This document shows, in pieces, positions 49,462 through 55,521 of a stretch of 55,521 nt of DNA. Location: the NCBI GenBank assembly GCA_048213135.1, contig PS015098.1, forward strand, positions 58,967-114,487, in the 5' to 3' direction. A program made the position numbers and the translations under genes. The stretch is from Reclinomonas americana ATCC 50394 (Eukaryota). The notes under the pieces were generated by a model. That model ran no database searches. It was given only the letters and a program-made list of their open reading frames with translations, and was not told where the DNA came from. Each line of letters starts with the position of its first letter. Within the stretch, counting starts at the first letter, position 1.

Positions 49462-52089
49462 CTCGTCGGGCATTGTTGCTGCGCTCACCAACCTGCTGCG
49501 CGACCGCAACACGCGACTGAGGCGGCGGGCTGTGAGCTCTCTCGGAGAACTGTTGTTCTACGTGGCGACACAGCAGCTGGACGGAAATCCAGAGGTATGT
49601 ATGTTGTGTTTGTCTCGTGTTCATTCGACATGTGATGCCTGATTCGCTTGTCATTCTCGCGTCGCGCAGGACGATGCATGGGATGTCACCAATGCCACCA
49701 TCAATGGCCTCATCGCCTGCCTCAAGTCCTCGGAGGACGAAACCGTACAACACTATGCGTGCAAGACGATTGAGAATGTGCGTCACTTCGCTTTCTGTCA
49801 CCATTAGATTGTTTTCTCACGTACCCCCCTTTCCAGATTGGCTCGCTGAGTCCGCATTTCAGTCGCCGCTTTGCCACGCCCGAGACGTGCACCTACATGC
49901 TCTCTCTCTTCTACAACACGCCCAATGAGCACCTGCAATTGGCTGCCATCTCCGCCATTGTGCGCTTGTGCCGGCACAGCCGCCAGTTCGCGGATGCGTT
50001 GCTGGAGAAGGACGCTCTCCGCATTCTGCGCACCAGCCTCGAGGATCGCAACACGCGCATTCAGCAGTGTGGCCTGAATGTCATGAATTTGGCGCTCACT
50101 CGCGGCATGCCCGGTCGCCTGCAGAGCGATCTCCTCGACGACAAGAACATTATCAAATCGTTTCGTGTCGTCGCGTTCACTGCAGTGGAATATGCGTTTT
50201 CGTTCACTTACCCGCCTGCGTCTGTGTGCAGGGTGGTGCGATTGTTGGAGTCGTCGACCGCGGTACTGCAAGCCAAGGCCGTTCTCTGCGTCGCGCTGCT
50301 GTCGTGCATCCACACCCCGACGCTGCACATGCTGTGTGAGCTCAAGTTGTGCCTGCTGGCCGACAAGATCCTCAACGTCACCGACGGCTACGTGCAGGAC
50401 TGCTTGGCAGTTGCGGGGTCTCGTGTTGCTGATTGCTGGATAATAGTGCGTGCTGACGCGGTGTATGCGCCCGACAGGTGCTGGTCGACTGCATGAAGTG
50501 CATCGTGCCGCAGATCTTGGCGCAGGTGCACAGCATCCTGGAACGCGTGTTGGCCGATCCGTACGCAGTCGTGTCGTTCAAGGTGCGTTGTGCAAGTGCG
50601 CGTGCTCTGAGTACGTGTGGGGTGCTAAACTTGCGTGTGATGGATGCAGACACAAAGTGATCACTTCTCCATCCTGCTGCACGTGGTCCTGTGCCATGCC
50701 ATGCGTGGAGCGGTGGTGACGAGTGAAGTTGTCGAAACGCTGGCCTCGTTGCGTTGTTCCCTCCCACTCCTTCACGCCATCAGTCACCCTAGGGTTTTCA
50801 CCCGCCCATTCTGCAGTCTGTTGCCATTCATCGAAAATTTGTCGTTCCCTGCGGCCTCTGAGTTCAAGCAGACGCTGCTGTTTGTCATTGAGGCTATATC
50901 GCAGGTGCTATATCCGTTTCTCTCCTTGTGTGCAGATGGCTGTAAGCATGCTGCCGTTCTCAACGTCTTTACTTGAATTCCAGAATGCTGTGTTGCTGGC
51001 CAACGCCAAGAGTGCAATTCTTGGACGCTTGTTGCCGTCGCTCTCCGACTTGCTGCAAACAGAAAATGGCGACGTGCGGTTCTACTGCCTAAAGATCTTT
51101 ACCGACTCGCTGGTGTTTTACTTGCGCGACGAGCGACATTATGACGTTGCGTGATTTCGTCGCCCCCATTCTGTCTTCTCTTTCTCTCCGTCTCATTTCC
51201 TTCTCCGCATCAACAGGCCGCACAACCGGACCACCAGTCCACCAAGGAGATCAATGCACTCATCATCCAGCACCTCTTCTCGCGCTACGCCAAGATTTTG
51301 GAGGACGAAGACCCGATTCCACTGTTTCGTCCACGTGCCTTGTTATTTGTTTTTTTGTATGATTCGAGGCTCATTTGGTGCGCGCAGCTACGGCCTCAAA
51401 CTGATGAGCCACATTGTGGAGTGCAACCCGGCGTTTGTGGCGATTGTGCGCCAGTTGAAACTCGTGCCGCTGCTGTTCCAGTTCTTTGAGTTGCAACATC
51501 GCAACAACAACATTCACAACGTGCGATTGGTGCGCATGATTGTCGAGAGCTCCGAAGTGGAACCGGAGGAGGTCTACAATCTCGGTACGTCCATTGTCAG
51601 CTGTTGCTGTTCGCGCATGCTACTCACTGCGGTATGCAGGCCTGGTCGCGAAACTGAATGCCGTGCTTGCGTACGCTTACGAGAATCTTGTGGACTCGTT
51701 CTACGAGCCGTGCCTCGACATTGTCAGCACCGCGCTCTTCAAGGCCTCCGAGTCGCTAAAGTCGAGTCCACGCAAGGTAGTCGGTCGACAATCATTCTTT
51801 TCCCTGGTGTTGCTGCAGCCTACTCACACGACTGCAGGATGACATTTTGGCGCGCAATGCCGGCTTCACCGAGGGACTGGAGGTGTATGTGTCGCTGCTG
51901 GACCACCTCGACGCGGCAGTCACGGAGAAGAGCGCCTCCACCCTGCAGCTGTGCGCGCAAATGTACGACGGCGTGTGCGACACACTGACCACTATGCGCC
52001 TGCGTGGCGACGGCCCGGCGACGTCGCTGGAGATGCTGACCAAGGTGTTGACGGGCACGGAGCCGACCACATCGCAGACAACACAACGG
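49462..52089 (+). CDS. ULK4: ULK4/RUNKEL C-terminal HEAT/ARM-repeat exons; 3' end lost in a gap
   Basis: RRRAVSSLGELLFYVATQ, EDETVQHYACKTIENI, NGDVRFYCLKIFTD, EDEDPIPLYGLKL; successive short GT-AG introns keep the frame. Confidence 0.85.
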
Positions 52090-52970
52090 GTTGGTTCTTC
52101 TTGTTTTTGTGTACCAGATGGTGGACTGTTCTTGCTCATTCCTGCGTAGCGAGTGCTAAANNNNNNNNNNNNNNNNNNNNGGGGGAAGGATGAGAGAGGA
52201 GAAGGAGAAGGAGAAGGAGAGGGAGAGGGAGAGGGAGAGGGAGAGGAGATGGGGATGGGGATGGGGATGGGGAGGGAGAGGAGAGGAGGAGAAGGGAAGA
52301 GAAGAGAAGAAGAGAAGAGAGGAGAGAGAAGCGGGGAGGGAGAGGTGAAAGAAGAGAATGGCAGCGCGGAGAGATGAGAAAGACAGAGAAGTGCAGGGTG
52401 GAGAGGAGACGAAGAAGACGGGAGAGAGTGGACAGAGAGCGAAGAAGAAAAAGAGAGAGGAGAGAACATAAGAGTGAGAAACGAGAACCAGAGAGGAGAC
52501 ACACAAGAAAAGAGATGATGGGGAAGAGAGGGAGCGCGGGAGAGGAGAGAAAGAGAAACGAGAATCACAGTGTAGACAAAAAGAAAAGAGAGAGAGAGAG
52601 AGAGATAGAGAGCGAGGGGGAGAAAAGAAGAGAGAGTGAAAATGACAAAGAGAGTGGAGATAGAAGAAGAAGTAGAAGAAGAGAGAAAAGAGGAGAGACG
52701 GGGAGAAAATGACAGTGTGATAGAGAAAGAATGAGAAATGAGAACCAGAGGGGAGACAGGAAAGAAAGTGAGCGAGAGAGAGAGAGAAAAGTCAGGGAGA
52801 AAAGACAATGCGAGAGAAGAGAAGGACAAGAATGAGAAGTGCAGGGTGGAACCGAAGAAGAAGACTGGAGACGGGAGAGGGAAGACAGAGAAAGAGAGAA
52901 GAGAACAAGAAGAATGCTGCACAAAGGGGCACAAGATATGATTCATAAGAAGAAATGCCACGAAACAAAC

Positions 52971-54951
<1,981 letters not shown>

Positions 54952-55064
54952 CTACATGCAAAGGAGAGGGGAGGTGAGAGGGGAAGAGAGGAAGAGGGGA
55001 AGAGAGGGAGAGAGACACACACAGAGAGAGAGAGAGAGAGAGCATAACAAACAAGCCAGACACC

Positions 55065-55345
55065 TTCAGGGAGACAGCCACTGAAAGAATAAGAATAAGA
55101 ATGAAGAATGAGATGAAACGGATTTGAAGAGAAGAAAGTTGAGGACGTGAAGCAGCAAGTCAGGCTCACAGAGAGAGAGAGAGAGAGCTTCACAAACACG
55201 CTTGACTGCCTCAAGGGGAGAGCCACTGAGAGAATGAGAAAGAAGAATGCACAACGAACGGATTTAAGAGCTTCACAAACAGGCTTAACACAAGGAGACA
55301 GCCACTGAGAGAATGAGAAAGAAGAATGGAGAATGCGATGAAAAC
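55065..55345. repeat. Degenerate intronic repeat
   Basis: gccactga.agaat(g)agaa at about 55077, 55222 and 55301; aacggatttgaagaga repeated. Confidence 0.7.
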
Positions 55346-55371
55346 GGATTTGAAGAGAACGAAAGGCAACA

Positions 55372-55402
<31 letters not shown>

Positions 55403-55521
55403 AGAGAGAGAGTAGTAAGAAGAGAGTAGAAGAGACTAAAGTTAAACGGTCGTAGACGACGCCGTACGGAAGGGAGACGACCGACGTAGGAAGAAGAAGT
55501 AGAAAGAAAAGAAAGTAAGAC

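Overview
Gene-dense, intron-rich eukaryotic scaffold, most likely from a flagellated protist (ULK4/RUNKEL, KATNAL2 and a TmcB-family gene); the taxon cannot be named from sequence alone. It has 11 N-gaps and many (GA)n/(GT)n/(GAA)n microsatellites. Manual splicing gives about 15 genes: a partial WD40 gene, a PLP-dependent class V aminotransferase/cysteine desulfurase-like enzyme, VPS55, an RI-like LRR protein, an atypical MAP2K-like kinase, an ankyrin fragment, a WD40-FN3-coiled-coil protein, a secreted CX3C-repeat protein, a PH-LRR protein, a four-domain EEEE Ca2+ channel, a low-complexity orphan, an acid lipase, a TmcB-PAS-class III cyclase, ULK4/RUNKEL (middle contig inverted) and KATNAL2. 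Most introns are about 57-78 nt and GT-AG. The main signal is in the splicing. About 34 introns, roughly a fifth to a quarter of those traced (manual estimate), use a donor with the whole consensus displaced by +1 nt (GTTGCGT, GTTTCGT, GTTGAGT versus ordinary GTGCGT, GTACGT, GTGAGT), and the exon-end signature shifts with it. There is also a probable 1-nt exon in VPS55 and 10/11/16-nt micro-exons in the lipase. All gene models are manual inferences without transcript evidence.
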